Source: an uncultured Clostridia bacterium (GTDB lineage: Bacteria; Bacillota; Clostridia; Oscillospirales; UBA644). From it: a stretch of 64,000 bases of DNA. The notes below the pieces were generated by a model. The model had not been told where the DNA came from. It did not search any database and was given only the letters and a program-made list of their open reading frames with translations. Positions 28,442 to 38,956 of this stretch are shown here, one piece after another (within the stretch, counting starts at the first letter, position 1; each line of letters opens with the position of its first letter). The position numbers and the translations under genes are program-made. Location of the stretch: NCBI GenBank assembly GCA_948443805.1, contig CAOJUB010000003.1, forward strand, positions 1,086-65,085. Reading direction: 5' to 3'.

Positions 28442-29830
28442 TTATAACCGGTCGCCGGGTTTTGTTTCCGGCTCCGGCCGTCTTTCTTTTCTGGATCGGT
28501 TTCCGTAACAAGAGGTTTTTCCCTGCCAGGAATGGTCGTAATACAGAATTTCAGGAAGGATCACGGCCGATTCCTCATAGGGCTCATGAAACGGCTGCTC
28601 TGAAGGCACGGCATAGATCGAGGGGAGAACGCCGTTTTCAATAAAATACAGAGAGTTTTTTACCGTCTGCAGGGGGGAGCAGATGCAGCAGAGACGGTCG
28701 TAATGCCCATTTTTGTAAATCTGGGAACTTACATAACATTCGTCGGCCGAGTTGTAAACGCCGTCTGTTCCTTTATAGAGCTGATTTGTTTCTTCGCCCA
28801 GAATATCGGCCGGGGGGATTCCCTGCTGCAGCAGAAAATTTTTCCCCGCGTCGCTTAACGGGATATTGTCTTCTCCATTTTCGGTTTTATGCCGGCTTCC
28901 CGGAACATAGAGCGTGACTTGTTTTCCTTCTTTTGCCCATCGGGTATACAGCGCGATGGCGGTTTTCAGGCGGCCTTCGAATTCTTCGTCCGGTTCAACG
29001 CCGTTTTTTAACGGATGCTGCGCCGATATTTGGAGAAGGATTTTTTTCGGTTCGTTTCCGGGATTCTTGCGCAGGGCGTCGCTGTATTTTTTTTGCCAGT
29101 AGACCGGTGCGGTTTCCTCCCACGGTTTGCTTTGTTCCCAGACAGAATCAAAATGCTTTATTATCATCAGAACCAGATTGCCCTCGTCGTGATGATCGGA
29201 ATCGAATTCCTCGCGTCCGCGCAGAAGAAATTTGTTTTTCGATTTATAGGGCGGCAGCGTAAGATTCAGCTAGGAAAGCGCATATTCTTTTTCTTGATCG
29301 GAAAATTCTGCGATCGTCATCGGCAACCGGTATTCCGATGAATAATATCGAACTTCCAGGCTGGCATGGGGTTGTTCTTTTTGTATTTCGGTCAGAATAT
29401 GATGAATGGTTTCCGTTTCGGTATCGATCGTACTTTCGGGAGAGCGGATCCCTGCTTCGCTTTCCAGCCTGGCAATGTCTTTGAGAAAGACGTTATCTTT
29501 TCTGGCTAGCAGGATTTTTATTTCAGCGCCCCTTTGCAAGGCCTGCCGAATCTGCCGGATCCTTTCCCGGTTCTGGAAAAAACCGTTTGCCGAAACATAC
29601 ATAATACGGACGGAGTCCGCTTTTTCGAAAATTTTTTTATATTCCTGGGAAGAGATGTCATGGGTAGTGACAGAGGTGGAAAATCCGTATTTTTTCATTT
29701 TATTGGCAAAGGCAATTTGGCTGAAATATTTTTTTGTGAAAAACAATGCGATCAGCGATGTTGTGACCGTGACGACCAGCGCTTCGCCGATATTGATCAG
29801 AGATGCGACCCAGTCGATATGAAAATTCAT
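28442..29830 (-). pseudogene. TM + PLD-like (DUF5919-like) + DUF218/YdcF-like protein interrupted by one in-frame TAG at 29270-29272
   Basis: ORFs 29270-29830 and 28442-29167 share a frame and the spacer translates without a stop: ...YALS*LNLTLPPYKSKNKFLLRGREEFDSDHHDEGNLVLMIIKHFDSVWE... Confidence 0.7.
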
Positions 29831-30062
29831 TATGTTTCTTCTTTTCCGGTTTTCTTAACCGTTTCAGAATCTTTTAACACCTGACCGGGAACCGGCGTTT
29901 CTGAAACAAAAAAGCTACGAAATTTCGGAGCTTTTTCAGGCGGCATTCTGCCTTGAATGGTTTGAGCATTGTTATAGGAATTGTAAAAAAGTCAAGTAAT
30001 ATCAGTAATTTTAGGCGAACAACAAAAATAAGTTATGCAATAATGCAAACTTTTAAAGCATA

Positions 30063-30748
30063 TCATTCAAATGACTGTTTTAATTGTTCAATGTTTGTAT
30101 ATTTTATTATAGGAATACCTTTGCGTTGAAGTAAAGACACAAAAGCAAGTTCCGCTCGGTCTGCTTCTAATAAAAACTTATCCAGGTTTATAATTCCTCA
30201 ATAATTCGCTTACCGCCAAAATGCAAGTAGGTATGATTTAACAAGCAGATGGTGTCACATATTTCCATTAAGATACCGCCGGCAGAAACTAAATTTACTT
30301 CGAGACATAATTCTCCATAATATTGTTTGGCTTTATTTAGATGTGTTTTTGCTTTTTCTAACAGGTCATGGGTAAGTATTCCATCTGTAATAGATTTTAT
30401 TTGATTTTTAAGATTTTCATATTTTTGTTTGTCTTCATAGCTTGCGTAGTAAACAAGTTGAGACTCTGCAATAACTGAAACTTTCATATCTTCGAAATTA
30501 GCGAATTTCTCTAACTGATTCCAATTTGTTCCCCAAATGTCGTACCCAATTCCATCAAGAATGAATGTTTTCGACAGTTTCCATCCATTTTCTGTCTTAG
30601 GGATAAAAATGATATCCAAGTCTGAATTTTCATGAGCAGTGCCATTTACGCATGAGCCATATATTATCATAATGCTTATATCATTCGAATATTTGGTTTT
30701 AATGGTGTCTAATAATACATCTAATATTTCTTGATGATGTTTTAGCAT
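30063..30748 (-). pseudogene. Pol-beta superfamily nucleotidyltransferase, truncated, with a C-terminal fragment in a shifted frame
   Basis: YGS...SDLD motif; stop at 30188; a shifted frame continues INLDKFLLEADRAELAF...IEQLKQSFE* to 30063; AT-rich. Confidence 0.65.
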
Positions 30749-30828
30749 CACTTCATCTCCTATCAAAATGGAATTTCCGGAAGTGTTGCCACGCTTCCTA
30801 TGCTTGCTGTTCCATTATAACATAAAAA

Positions 30829-30872
30829 CCGAGCATTCCTACAAGAAATTCAGTTCCTAGTAAGAATGCTCG
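30829..30872 (-). terminator. Hairpin/terminator directly after the tRNA
   Basis: CGAGCATTCT...GGAATGCTCG followed by GTTTTT. Confidence 0.6.
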
Positions 30873-30875
30873 ACA

Positions 30876-30962
30876 TGGTGCGGTTGACAGGACTTGAACC
30901 TGCACGAAATTTCTTTCATTAGCCCCTCAAGCTAACGTGTCTGCCTATTCCACCACAACCGC
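30876..30962 (-). tRNA. tRNA-Leu(GAG)
   Basis: GCGGTTG acceptor stem, TGGTGGAATAGGCAGAC D arm, TTAGC-TTGAGGG-GCTAA anticodon arm, long variable arm, GGTTCAAGTCC, encoded CCA; promoter TTGACA-17-TATAAT at 31043-31015. Confidence 0.96.
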
Positions 30963-31105
30963 AGATATTCAGTTTTTATGCCCGAAAATACAGGCACTGT
31001 TTTGAAGCAAAGGTATTATATCATTTTTTTTTTTGCTTGTCAAGCGTTTTTCTTTGTTATTTTTTGATTTCGAATAAATTTAACATTTATATTCTCCTTT
31101 TGATA

Positions 31106-31134
31106 TTGACAAACTGCGGAAAAAAAGGTACAAT
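31106..31134 (+). promoter_or_regulatory. SigA-type promoter of the yicC operon
   Basis: TTGACA-17-TACAAT. Confidence 0.75.
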
Positions 31135-31219
31135 ATATGGTAAAATAGATGATTATATCCTGTCAGTATATCTCCGGAGAAAAACGGCGGGAAAAATCAT
31201 TCCGAGGAGGCGTTTTTTT

Positions 31220-32119
31220 GTGATCAGAAGCATGACCGGATACGGGCGGTCTTCTGCCGTTACCGGCAATTATGACGTGACGGTTGAGATTAGGTCGGTC
31301 AATCACCGGTATCTGGAGATGTTTATTCATATGCCGCGTTTCTGTTCTCCGCTGGAAGACCGGGTGAGAAATTTCCTCCGGCAGCAGATCATCCGGGGAA
31401 AAACCGAAGTGAATATTTCGGTAAAATCCGTAGAGGATCAAAGTCGGAAGATCACGGTGGACAACGCGCTTCTTTCCGATTATCTGGAGGTTCTTTCGAA
31501 AACGGCGGAGGAATATTCTCTGGTTAACGATGTGACGGTTTCCACGCTGTTCCGTTTACCGGAGGTTTTGACGACCGAGAAGGAAGAAGCCGATCTGGAG
31601 GATGTCTGGCAGGCAATTGAGCCGACTCTTTGCGCCGCACTTTCGGATTTTTCCGCGCAGCGGGAAAAGGAAGGGCGTTTTTTGGCGGAGGATATTCTTG
31701 ATAAATGCAGTCAGATTGAAGAACGGGTTTCGGCAATTCAGGCCCGTTCGCCGAAACTGGTCGAAGCCTATACGGCGAAACTCCGGGAGAGGATTCTGCA
31801 GCTTCTGGACGGCGGAACACCAGATGAACAAAGGCTTTTGACCGAAGTTGCGATTATGGCGGACAAAATGGCGGTGGATGAGGAGATCGTGCGGCTTGGT
31901 TCTCATATCCGGAATTTTTCGGATATTTTCCGTCAGGGTTTGGCGGAAGAGGGGGCGCCTTCTCCGCTTGGCAAGAAGACGGATTTTATCGTGCAGGAAA
32001 TGAACCGGGAAATCAATACAGTTTCTTCAAAAATCGGCGATATGGAAGTTACCCTTACGGCGATTGAGGTAAAAAATATCATTGAAAAAATCCGCGAGCA
32101 GATTCAGAATATCGAGTAG
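31220..32119 (+). CDS. yicC: YicC/YloC family endoribonuclease
   Basis: RSMTGYGR, SVNHRYL, QEMNREINT, EKIREQIQNIE; GAGGAGG RBS before GTG. Confidence 0.93.
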   Translation: MIRSMTGYGRSSAVTGNYDVTVEIRSVNHRYLEMFIHMPRFCSPLEDRVRNFLRQQIIRGKTEVNISVKSVEDQSRKITVDNALLSDYLEVLSKTAEEYSLVNDVTVSTLFRLPEVLTTEKEEADLEDVWQAIEPTLCAALSDFSAQREKEGRFLAEDILDKCSQIEERVSAIQARSPKLVEAYTAKLRERILQLLDGGTPDEQRLLTEVAIMADKMAVDEEIVRLGSHIRNFSDIFRQGLAEEGAPSPLGKKTDFIVQEMNREINTVSSKIGDMEVTLTAIEVKNIIEKIREQIQNIE

Positions 32120-32189
32120 CGGGTCTTTGAACCGACCGGCAGCAGAAAATATCGCGGTGCAGAACGCCGTGAAAGGGATGTGTGGATGA

Positions 32190-32465
32190 ATGAAACTTGT
32201 TAATATTGGTTTTGGGAATGTTGTTTTTGCCGACCGGATCGTTGCGATCGTCAGTCCGGATTCCGCGCCGATCAAACGGATTATTCAGGATGCGAGAGAA
32301 GACGGGAATCTGATCGACGCTTCCTATGGCAGACGGACGCGGGCGGTGCTGATTACCGACAGCGAGCATATCATTCTCAGCGCTGTTCAGCCGGAAACGA
32401 TTGCCAACCGGGTTCAGGATTCCCGTGAGGAAGACGACCTCAGCGGGGAGGATACCGATGAATAA
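32190..32465 (+). CDS. remA: RemA/YlzA (DUF370) regulator
   Basis: [23 protein letters not shown]. Confidence 0.92.
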   Translation: MKLVNIGFGNVVFADRIVAIVSPDSAPIKRIIQDAREDGNLIDASYGRRTRAVLITDSEHIILSAVQPETIANRVQDSREEDDLSGEDTDE

Positions 32466-33027
32466 AAAAGGGATTTTGTTTGTGATTTCCGGTCCTTCCG
32501 GCGCAGGGAAAGGAACGCTGGTATCTCGGCTGCTGCAGTCGCTGGACAGCGCGTCGCTCTATTTTTCGGTCTCCTGCGCCACGCGCGCGCCGCGGAAGGG
32601 CGAAATAGACGGCGTTCATTATCATTTTATCGGAAAAGATGAATTTGACAGGTTTGTTTCCGAAGACCGTTTTCTGGAGTATAATCATTACTGTAAAGGT
32701 GATTACGGAACCCTGGCGGCTCCGGTTTTAGAAGCGCTTGAACAGGGAAAATCATCGATTTTAGAAATCGACTGCAACGGTATGCGGCAGGTACGGGAAA
32801 AGTGTCCGGACGCAGTGACGGTTTTTATTTCCCCCCCCTCGTTGGCGGAACTGGAAAAGCGGCTGCGTTCGCGCGGGACTGAAACCGAGGAGCAGATTCA
32901 AAAGCGGATTGCCGCGGCCGAAGCGGAAATGGCTTTTTCGGGAGAATATGACCATATTGTAGTAAACGACGATCTTGACAGGGCGGCTCTGGAGCTGTCC
33001 CAGATCTTTAAAAAATATATGAACTGA
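32458..33027 (+). CDS. gmk: Guanylate kinase
   Basis: [34 protein letters not shown]. Confidence 0.95.
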   Translation: MNKKGILFVISGPSGAGKGTLVSRLLQSLDSASLYFSVSCATRAPRKGEIDGVHYHFIGKDEFDRFVSEDRFLEYNHYCKGDYGTLAAPVLEALEQGKSSILEIDCNGMRQVREKCPDAVTVFISPPSLAELEKRLRSRGTETEEQIQKRIAAAEAEMAFSGEYDHIVVNDDLDRAALELSQIFKKYMN

Positions 33028-33050
33028 AAGAACAGAAGGAGAGATTTTAT

Positions 33051-33269
33051 ATGATGTTGTATCCGAGTGTCGGCGATTTAATTGAAGGCGAAAAGAAATG
33101 CCGTTATTCTTTAGTGGTTGCCGTGGCCAAAAGAGCCCGTGATATTGCCCATAAGGCGGAAGAAGATGGCGAAAAGCTGGAAGAAAAACCGATTACGCTC
33201 GCCATTGAATCCTTTGCCGACGGCGAGGCCGATTTTCATGAATCCGACAAACCGGTCTGCGAGGATTAA
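33051..33269 (+). CDS. rpoZ: RNA polymerase omega subunit
   Basis: MLYPS, RYSLVVAVAKRAR, KPITLA; position after gmk. Confidence 0.93.
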   Translation: MMLYPSVGDLIEGEKKCRYSLVVAVAKRARDIAHKAEEDGEKLEEKPITLAIESFADGEADFHESDKPVCED

Positions 33270-33275
33270 TACGCT

Positions 33276-35498
33276 GTGAGTTTGCTCGCGCAGGTTGTCG
33301 TTGATATCGTTTATTCGGCGGATATCCCTTATTCCTACCGGATCCCGCCGTTTCTTGCCGGGGAAATTTCGGTCGGCGATCTTGTCCGGGTTCCGTTTGG
33401 CCGTTCGGAAAAACTGGTTCGGGCGTTGGTTCTGGCGCTGTCGGAGGATGACGGCGAAAAACGAAAAGAAATTCGTGAAAAAACATCGGTTTCGGTTTCG
33501 GAACGGGAAATGGCGCTGATCCGTTTTTTGAAAAACCGTTATTTCTGCACGTTTTTTGACGCGTTCCGTCTGGTACGGCCGGATCAGCATACCGGCGCCG
33601 GTACGCCCCTTTATGAACGGAATATAGAGCTTTGCCAAAGCGGATTTCTGGAGAGCCATCCGGAGAAAAAATATGAAAAACAGCGAAAAATCGTTGCTTT
33701 TCTTGAAAAAAACGGGGCGTCTCCGGTCGGTTTTTTGCTGTTGGAAACCGGTGTTTCCCGCTCTGTAATCGCTACGCTTGAGAAAAACGGCGTTGTCCGG
33801 ACCGTCATGCGTCAGCGTTCCCGCAGCCCGGTTGTTCTTCGGCAGGATGACCGCACCGTTTCTGAAAATTTGCTGAACAGCGAGCAAGAACAGGCGTATA
33901 AGAAGATTGTTTCTCAGCTTGGCAGCGGGAAAACCCATCTTTTATACGGCGTTACCGGCAGCGGGAAAACCCATGTTTTTATTGCTTTGATCAATGAAGT
34001 TCTGGCTCGGGGGCAGAGCGTGATTGTAATGATTCCGGAGATTTCCCTGACCTATCAGCTTGTCGGACGGCTCTATGCGCATTACGGAAAAAGTATCGCA
34101 GTTCTTCACAGCGGGCTTTCCAAAGGGGAAAAAGCCGACGAATGGCAGCGAATTGAGGCGGGAGAGGCCCGGATTGTGATCGGAACGCGTTCCGCCGTGT
34201 TTTCGCCGGTGAAAAACCTTGGGCTTCTGATTATGGATGAAGAACAGGAACATACGTATAAATCGGAGATGACGCCCCGCTATCATGCCCGGGAGGTCGC
34301 GGCTTTTCTTGCCGGACGGGAAAAGGCGCTTTTACTGCTGGCTTCGGCAACGCCTTCGTTTGAAAGTTATTTGCGCGCGCAGGAGGGAATCATCGGATTT
34401 TCTCAGCTGAAAACCCGCTATAACCGGCAGCCTTTGCCGAAGATTCTGACTGTTGATTTGCAGCGGGAAGTCCGTTCCGGAAACCGTTCGATTTTCAGCC
34501 GGTTTTTGATTTCCGAGATTGAAAAAAACAGAGAAAACAACGAACAGACCATTCTTTTTATGAACCGGCGCGGGTATCATTCGTATATTGCCTGTCCGGT
34601 TTGCAGAACGGTTTTAAAATGTCCGAATTGCGGTATTCCGCTGACATATCATTTAGATTCCGACCGGCTGATGTGCCATTATTGCAGTTATTCCAGAGAT
34701 TCTTCCGGCGTCTGTCCCGGATGCGGCGCGCAGACTATGCGGTATACCGGCGTTGGGACGCAGAAAGCGGAGGAAGAATTAAAACAGTATTTCCCTGAAC
34801 TTCGGGTGCTTCGGATGGACGCCGATACGGTGACCGGAAAAAATACCCGCAACGATATGCTGACCGATTTCGGAAAGCGACGTTATGACGTTTTGCTTGG
34901 GACGCAGATGATTACAAAAGGGCTGGATTTCCCGGACGTGACCCTGGTGGGGGTTCTGAATGCCGATTCGCTTCTGTATTCTTCCGACTTCCGAGCCTAT
35001 GAGCGGACATTTTCTCTTTTAACGCAGGTAGCCGGCCGAGCCGGCCGGTCGGAGAAAAGCGGCCGGGCGGTGATTCAGACTTATTCTCCGACGCATGAAG
35101 TGCTGAAATATGCTTTTGAGCAGGATTATCCCGGTTTTTTTGAAAACCAGGCTTCTCTTCGGAAAAATCTTCTGTATCCTCCGTATTGCGATCTTTGCCA
35201 GGCGGTTTTTATTGCCAAGGATGAGCCGGCGGCTCTTCTGGCGGCGGAAACCTTTATCCGGATTATCAAAGATTTGGTATCCGGAGAATTTAAAAAGATC
35301 GGGGTAAAGGTGATTCTGCCCCGGATCACATTTGTGCCGATGGTTGACGGCAAAAGCCGGAGCCGAATTTTGATTAAATGCAAAGACAATGCTGAAACGC
35401 GGCGGATGCTGCATATTGCGCTGCTTGCGTTTCTGAAAGAAAAAACGCAGAAAGACGCGCTGATTACACTGGATATGAATCCGGCGAGCATTTTATAG
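33276..35498 (+). CDS. priA: Primosomal protein N'
   Basis: GVTGSGKT, DEEQE, SATPS, paired Cys zinc motifs, QVAGRAGR. Confidence 0.95.
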   Translation: MSLLAQVVVDIVYSADIPYSYRIPPFLAGEISVGDLVRVPFGRSEKLVRALVLALSEDDGEKRKEIREKTSVSVSEREMALIRFLKNRYFCTFFDAFRLVRPDQHTGAGTPLYERNIELCQSGFLESHPEKKYEKQRKIVAFLEKNGASPVGFLLLETGVSRSVIATLEKNGVVRTVMRQRSRSPVVLRQDDRTVSENLLNSEQEQAYKKIVSQLGSGKTHLLYGVTGSGKTHVFIALINEVLARGQSVIVMIPEISLTYQLVGRLYAHYGKSIAVLHSGLSKGEKADEWQRIEAGEARIVIGTRSAVFSPVKNLGLLIMDEEQEHTYKSEMTPRYHAREVAAFLAGREKALLLLASATPSFESYLRAQEGIIGFSQLKTRYNRQPLPKILTVDLQREVRSGNRSIFSRFLISEIEKNRENNEQTILFMNRRGYHSYIACPVCRTVLKCPNCGIPLTYHLDSDRLMCHYCSYSRDSSGVCPGCGAQTMRYTGVGTQKAEEELKQYFPELRVLRMDADTVTGKNTRNDMLTDFGKRRYDVLLGTQMITKGLDFPDVTLVGVLNADSLLYSSDFRAYERTFSLLTQVAGRAGRSEKSGRAVIQTYSPTHEVLKYAFEQDYPGFFENQASLRKNLLYPPYCDLCQAVFIAKDEPAALLAAETFIRIIKDLVSGEFKKIGVKVILPRITFVPMVDGKSRSRILIKCKDNAETRRMLHIALLAFLKEKTQKDALITLDMNPASIL

Positions 35499-35565
35499 AA
35501 AAAGGCCTTACAGGCCGGAAGAGGTTCGGGTCGGGCGGAGATTCCCGAGGAAGGATGGAAAAAAC

Positions 35566-36024
35566 ATGGCGCTGAGAAAAATAGTAACCGAAGGATATGA
35601 ATCTTTATATAAAGTCTGCCGGCCGGTAACCGAATTTAACCAACGGCTGACAACCCTTGTAGAAGACATGAAGGATACGCTGATCGATTCGGAGGGCGTT
35701 GGACTGGCGGCTCCGCAGATCGGTGTGACAAGAAGGGTTGTGGTTCTTTTTGACGGAGACAGCGAAGAGATCATAACGATGATTAATCCTGAAATTGTGA
35801 AAACCGAAGGTGAACAGGAAGCCACCGAAGGCTGCCTTTCGGTGCCCGGGGTTTGGGGCAGAACAAAACGACCCGCTACGGTAACGGTCAGGGCTTTTGA
35901 TGCAGCGGGCAGGGAATTTACCCTCACAAGAGACGGTATCACCGCCGTTTGTTTTTGTCATGAGATCGATCATCTGGACGGAAAACTTTTCCGGGATCAT
36001 GTGATTGAATATCTGGAATCGTAA
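35566..36024 (+). CDS. def: Peptide deformylase
   Basis: GVGLAAPQIG, EGCLS, HEIDHLDG. Confidence 0.96.
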   Translation: MALRKIVTEGYESLYKVCRPVTEFNQRLTTLVEDMKDTLIDSEGVGLAAPQIGVTRRVVVLFDGDSEEIITMINPEIVKTEGEQEATEGCLSVPGVWGRTKRPATVTVRAFDAAGREFTLTRDGITAVCFCHEIDHLDGKLFRDHVIEYLES

Positions 36025-36097
36025 TTCTTATTTTTAATTGTTTTGTCGAGTGGAAAGAAAATTCTTTGCTTGCTTTTGATTCTGTTGGGGAGGTTCT

Positions 36098-37030
36098 ATG
36101 AAAATTCTCTTTATGGGTTCGCCGGATTTTGCTCTGGAAAGCCTGAAAAAACTTGTCGGTTCCCATCATGAAATTGTCGGCGTGATTACACAGCCGGATA
36201 AACCGAAGGGGCGCGGTTATACGCTGACTCCCACAGCTGTCAAGGCTTTTGCCATTACAGAAGGAATTCCGGCAGAAACGCCGCAGACACTCAAAGACGG
36301 CGCGATTCTTCCGCTGCTTGAACGGTGGCAGCCGGATTGTATTGTTGTTATTGCGTATGGAAAAATTCTTCCTGAGTATGTTCTTTCTTATCCGAAATAC
36401 GGTTGTGTTAATGTGCACGCTTCGCTGCTTCCGAAGTATCAGGGCGCAGCGCCGATCAATTTCGTTCTGATCAACGGGGAGAAGGAAACCGGTGTGACTA
36501 CAATGAAAATGGACGCGGGGATTGATACCGGAGCGATGCTTCTGAAAAAGAGCACTCCGATTTTGCCCTCGGATGACGCGGGCGCCCTGCATGACCGGCT
36601 TGCCGGCCTTGGCGCAGACCTGCTTCTGGAAACGCTCGACGGTTTGGAAAAAGGGGAGATCGTTCCTGAAAAACAAAGCGGCGAGAGCTGTTATGTGTCG
36701 AAGATCGACGATGCGGTGAAAAAACTGGATTTTTCCCAGACGGCGGAATCGATTGTCAACCGAATCCGGGGACTTTCTCCCTTCCCGACGGCGTTTTGTT
36801 TCTGCGGCGGGAAAAAAATGAAAGTATACAAAGCGGAAGCGCTTGACAGCAGAGAAGAGAACAATTCTGCCGTTCCCTGCGGCGGGTTGCTTTCGGATAA
36901 GGACCTGATTGTGAAAGCCGGAACCGGCGCGGTTCGGATTCTTTCACTGGCGCCTGAAGGGAAAAAAAGAATGTCCGGTCAGGATTTTCTCCGGGGAATT
37001 CGGGATAAACAGTCTCTTTTGTTTGAATAA
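36098..37030 (+). CDS. fmt: Methionyl-tRNA formyltransferase
   Basis: FMGSPDFA, TQPDKPKGRG, NVHASLLP. Confidence 0.96.
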   Translation: MKILFMGSPDFALESLKKLVGSHHEIVGVITQPDKPKGRGYTLTPTAVKAFAITEGIPAETPQTLKDGAILPLLERWQPDCIVVIAYGKILPEYVLSYPKYGCVNVHASLLPKYQGAAPINFVLINGEKETGVTTMKMDAGIDTGAMLLKKSTPILPSDDAGALHDRLAGLGADLLLETLDGLEKGEIVPEKQSGESCYVSKIDDAVKKLDFSQTAESIVNRIRGLSPFPTAFCFCGGKKMKVYKAEALDSREENNSAVPCGGLLSDKDLIVKAGTGAVRILSLAPEGKKRMSGQDFLRGIRDKQSLLFE

Positions 37031-37102
37031 TAGGAATACGGTCTTTGCCGTTTGTAGCAAAGACGAGAAGCAGCCGCAGGAAGGCGGCGAAAGGAGAACA
37101 GA

Positions 37103-37780
37103 ATGGATTTTTGGTTTTTAATCCTTGTGATTCCCGCAATGATTTTATCGCTTGCGGCGCAGGCCGGGGTGAATTCGTCTTATAAAAAATATGCGAAACT
37201 ATTTTCTTCCCGGGGGATGACCGGCCGGGAGGCCGCCGAGATGATTCTCCGGAATAACGGGATTTATGACGTCCGGATCGAGCCGGTTTCCGGCAGCCTG
37301 ACCGACCATTACAGCCCCAGGGAACAGGTGATCCGCCTTTCGGAAGGGGTTTTTGATTCTTCTTCTGTGGCAGCCATCGGCATTGCATCGCATGAGGCGG
37401 GGCACGCCGTTCAGCACCATGTCGGCTATGCGCCGATCAAGATACGCAACGCCGTGCTTCCGGTCGCAAATATCGGTTCGATGCTGGCGTTTCCGCTGAT
37501 TGTGATCGGCTTTCTTCTCAGTTCTTTTTTGCTGCTGGATCTGGGCGTGATTTTTTTCTCATTTACCACGCTGTTCCAGCTGATTACCCTTCCGGTAGAA
37601 TTCAACGCTTCTTCCCGGGCGGTCAAGGCCATAGAAGCCAACGGCGTCCTGTATGGGGAAGAATTAAACGGTGCCAAATCGGTTTTGCGCGCCGCCGCAA
37701 TGACCTATGTCGCGGCGCTTGCGGTTTCGTTTGCGCAACTGCTGCGCTTTTTCTTCCTGACAAGAAGCAACCGGCGGTAG
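37103..37780 (+). CDS. YugP-family zinc metallopeptidase
   Basis: LTDHY, HEAGHA, TLPVEFNAS, AAAMTYVA. Confidence 0.9.
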   Translation: MDFWFLILVIPAMILSLAAQAGVNSSYKKYAKLFSSRGMTGREAAEMILRNNGIYDVRIEPVSGSLTDHYSPREQVIRLSEGVFDSSSVAAIGIASHEAGHAVQHHVGYAPIKIRNAVLPVANIGSMLAFPLIVIGFLLSSFLLLDLGVIFFSFTTLFQLITLPVEFNASSRAVKAIEANGVLYGEELNGAKSVLRAAAMTYVAALAVSFAQLLRFFFLTRSNRR

Positions 37781-37829
37781 TTTGATTGAAAACGAGAAAA
37801 AGTTTTCCGGTAACGGAAAAAGGACGAAA

Positions 37830-38873
37830 ATGATGACAGAAACAGTAAAATCGGAAAATCTGGATATTTCCTCCCTGCTTTTTGACGATTTAGTTCCGTT
37901 CATGGAGCAGATCGGCGAACCGAAATACCGTGCGGAACAGCTTTTCCGCGGCTTTTCACAGGGAAAGACGGTAGAAGAAATGACCGATATCGGGAAAGGG
38001 TTGCGGGCAAAACTGGCCGAACGAAGCCGGTGGGCGGACTTGGAGCAGGTCCGAAAGCTGACCGATCCTGACGGCACCGAAAAATTTCTTTTTCGGCTGC
38101 CGGATTCCCATGTGATCGAAACGGTTTTCATGCGGTATAAACATGGCAATTCCGTTTGTATTTCCTCGCAGGTCGGCTGCCGGATGGGCTGCCGTTTTTG
38201 TGCGAGTACGCTGTTGGGCAAAGTCCGAAACCTTTCCGCCGGGGAAATGCTGGCGCAGGTGGCTCGGGTCAATGCTGTGAATAAAGTTTCAAATATTGTG
38301 ATTATGGGCGTGGGAGAACCGCTTGACAATTATGAAAATCTGCTTCTTTTTTTGCAGAATGTAAACGATCCGAAAGGGCTGAATATCGGATACCGCCATA
38401 TTTCGGTCTCTACCTGCGGATTGGTCGACCGGATGGAACAGCTGGCGCAGCGTCGGTTTCCGATTACGCTGTCGGTTTCTCTACATGCGCCGGATGACGA
38501 AACCCGCAACCGGCTGATGCCGGTGAACCGGAAATATCCGGTTGCCACGCTGATGCAAGCCTGCCGGGATTATATCGCGGTGACGGGCCGCCGGATTTCG
38601 TTTGAATATACGCTGGTCAAAGAGATCAATGATACGCCTCGGCACGCCGCGCTCTTGGCTTCGCTGGTCAGGGGAATGCTTTGCCATGTGAATCTGATTC
38701 CGGTCAATTATGTTGCCGAGCGGGGGCTGGAGCCTTCTTCTTCCGGAACAATCGAAAAATTTCGGCGGATTCTGGCGGAAAAAGGCGTGAATGTGACGGT
38801 TCGCCGCCGTCTTGGAAGCGAGATTAACGCCTCCTGCGGTCAGCTCCGGCATCAATATATGAAAGAGCAGTAA
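37830..38873 (+). CDS. rlmN: Dual-specificity RNA methyltransferase RlmN
   Basis: CISSQVGCRMGCRFCAS, MGVGEP, ASCGQL. Confidence 0.95.
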   Translation: MMTETVKSENLDISSLLFDDLVPFMEQIGEPKYRAEQLFRGFSQGKTVEEMTDIGKGLRAKLAERSRWADLEQVRKLTDPDGTEKFLFRLPDSHVIETVFMRYKHGNSVCISSQVGCRMGCRFCASTLLGKVRNLSAGEMLAQVARVNAVNKVSNIVIMGVGEPLDNYENLLLFLQNVNDPKGLNIGYRHISVSTCGLVDRMEQLAQRRFPITLSVSLHAPDDETRNRLMPVNRKYPVATLMQACRDYIAVTGRRISFEYTLVKEINDTPRHAALLASLVRGMLCHVNLIPVNYVAERGLEPSSSGTIEKFRRILAEKGVNVTVRRRLGSEINASCGQLRHQYMKEQ

Positions 38874-38956
38874 TTTGATTTTTCGGCCGCAGGTTCGGCG
38901 GCCTTTGGAAATATAAATAAGTTTTCAACAAGCCTTTGGCGGAAATGGAGCACCCT

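Noticed and set aside
29270-29272. Genome-wide TAG recoding or pyrrolysine as the cause of the in-frame stop
   Set aside because: TAG terminates parC, yicC, priA and the YugP-like gene normally; no pyl genes in the window
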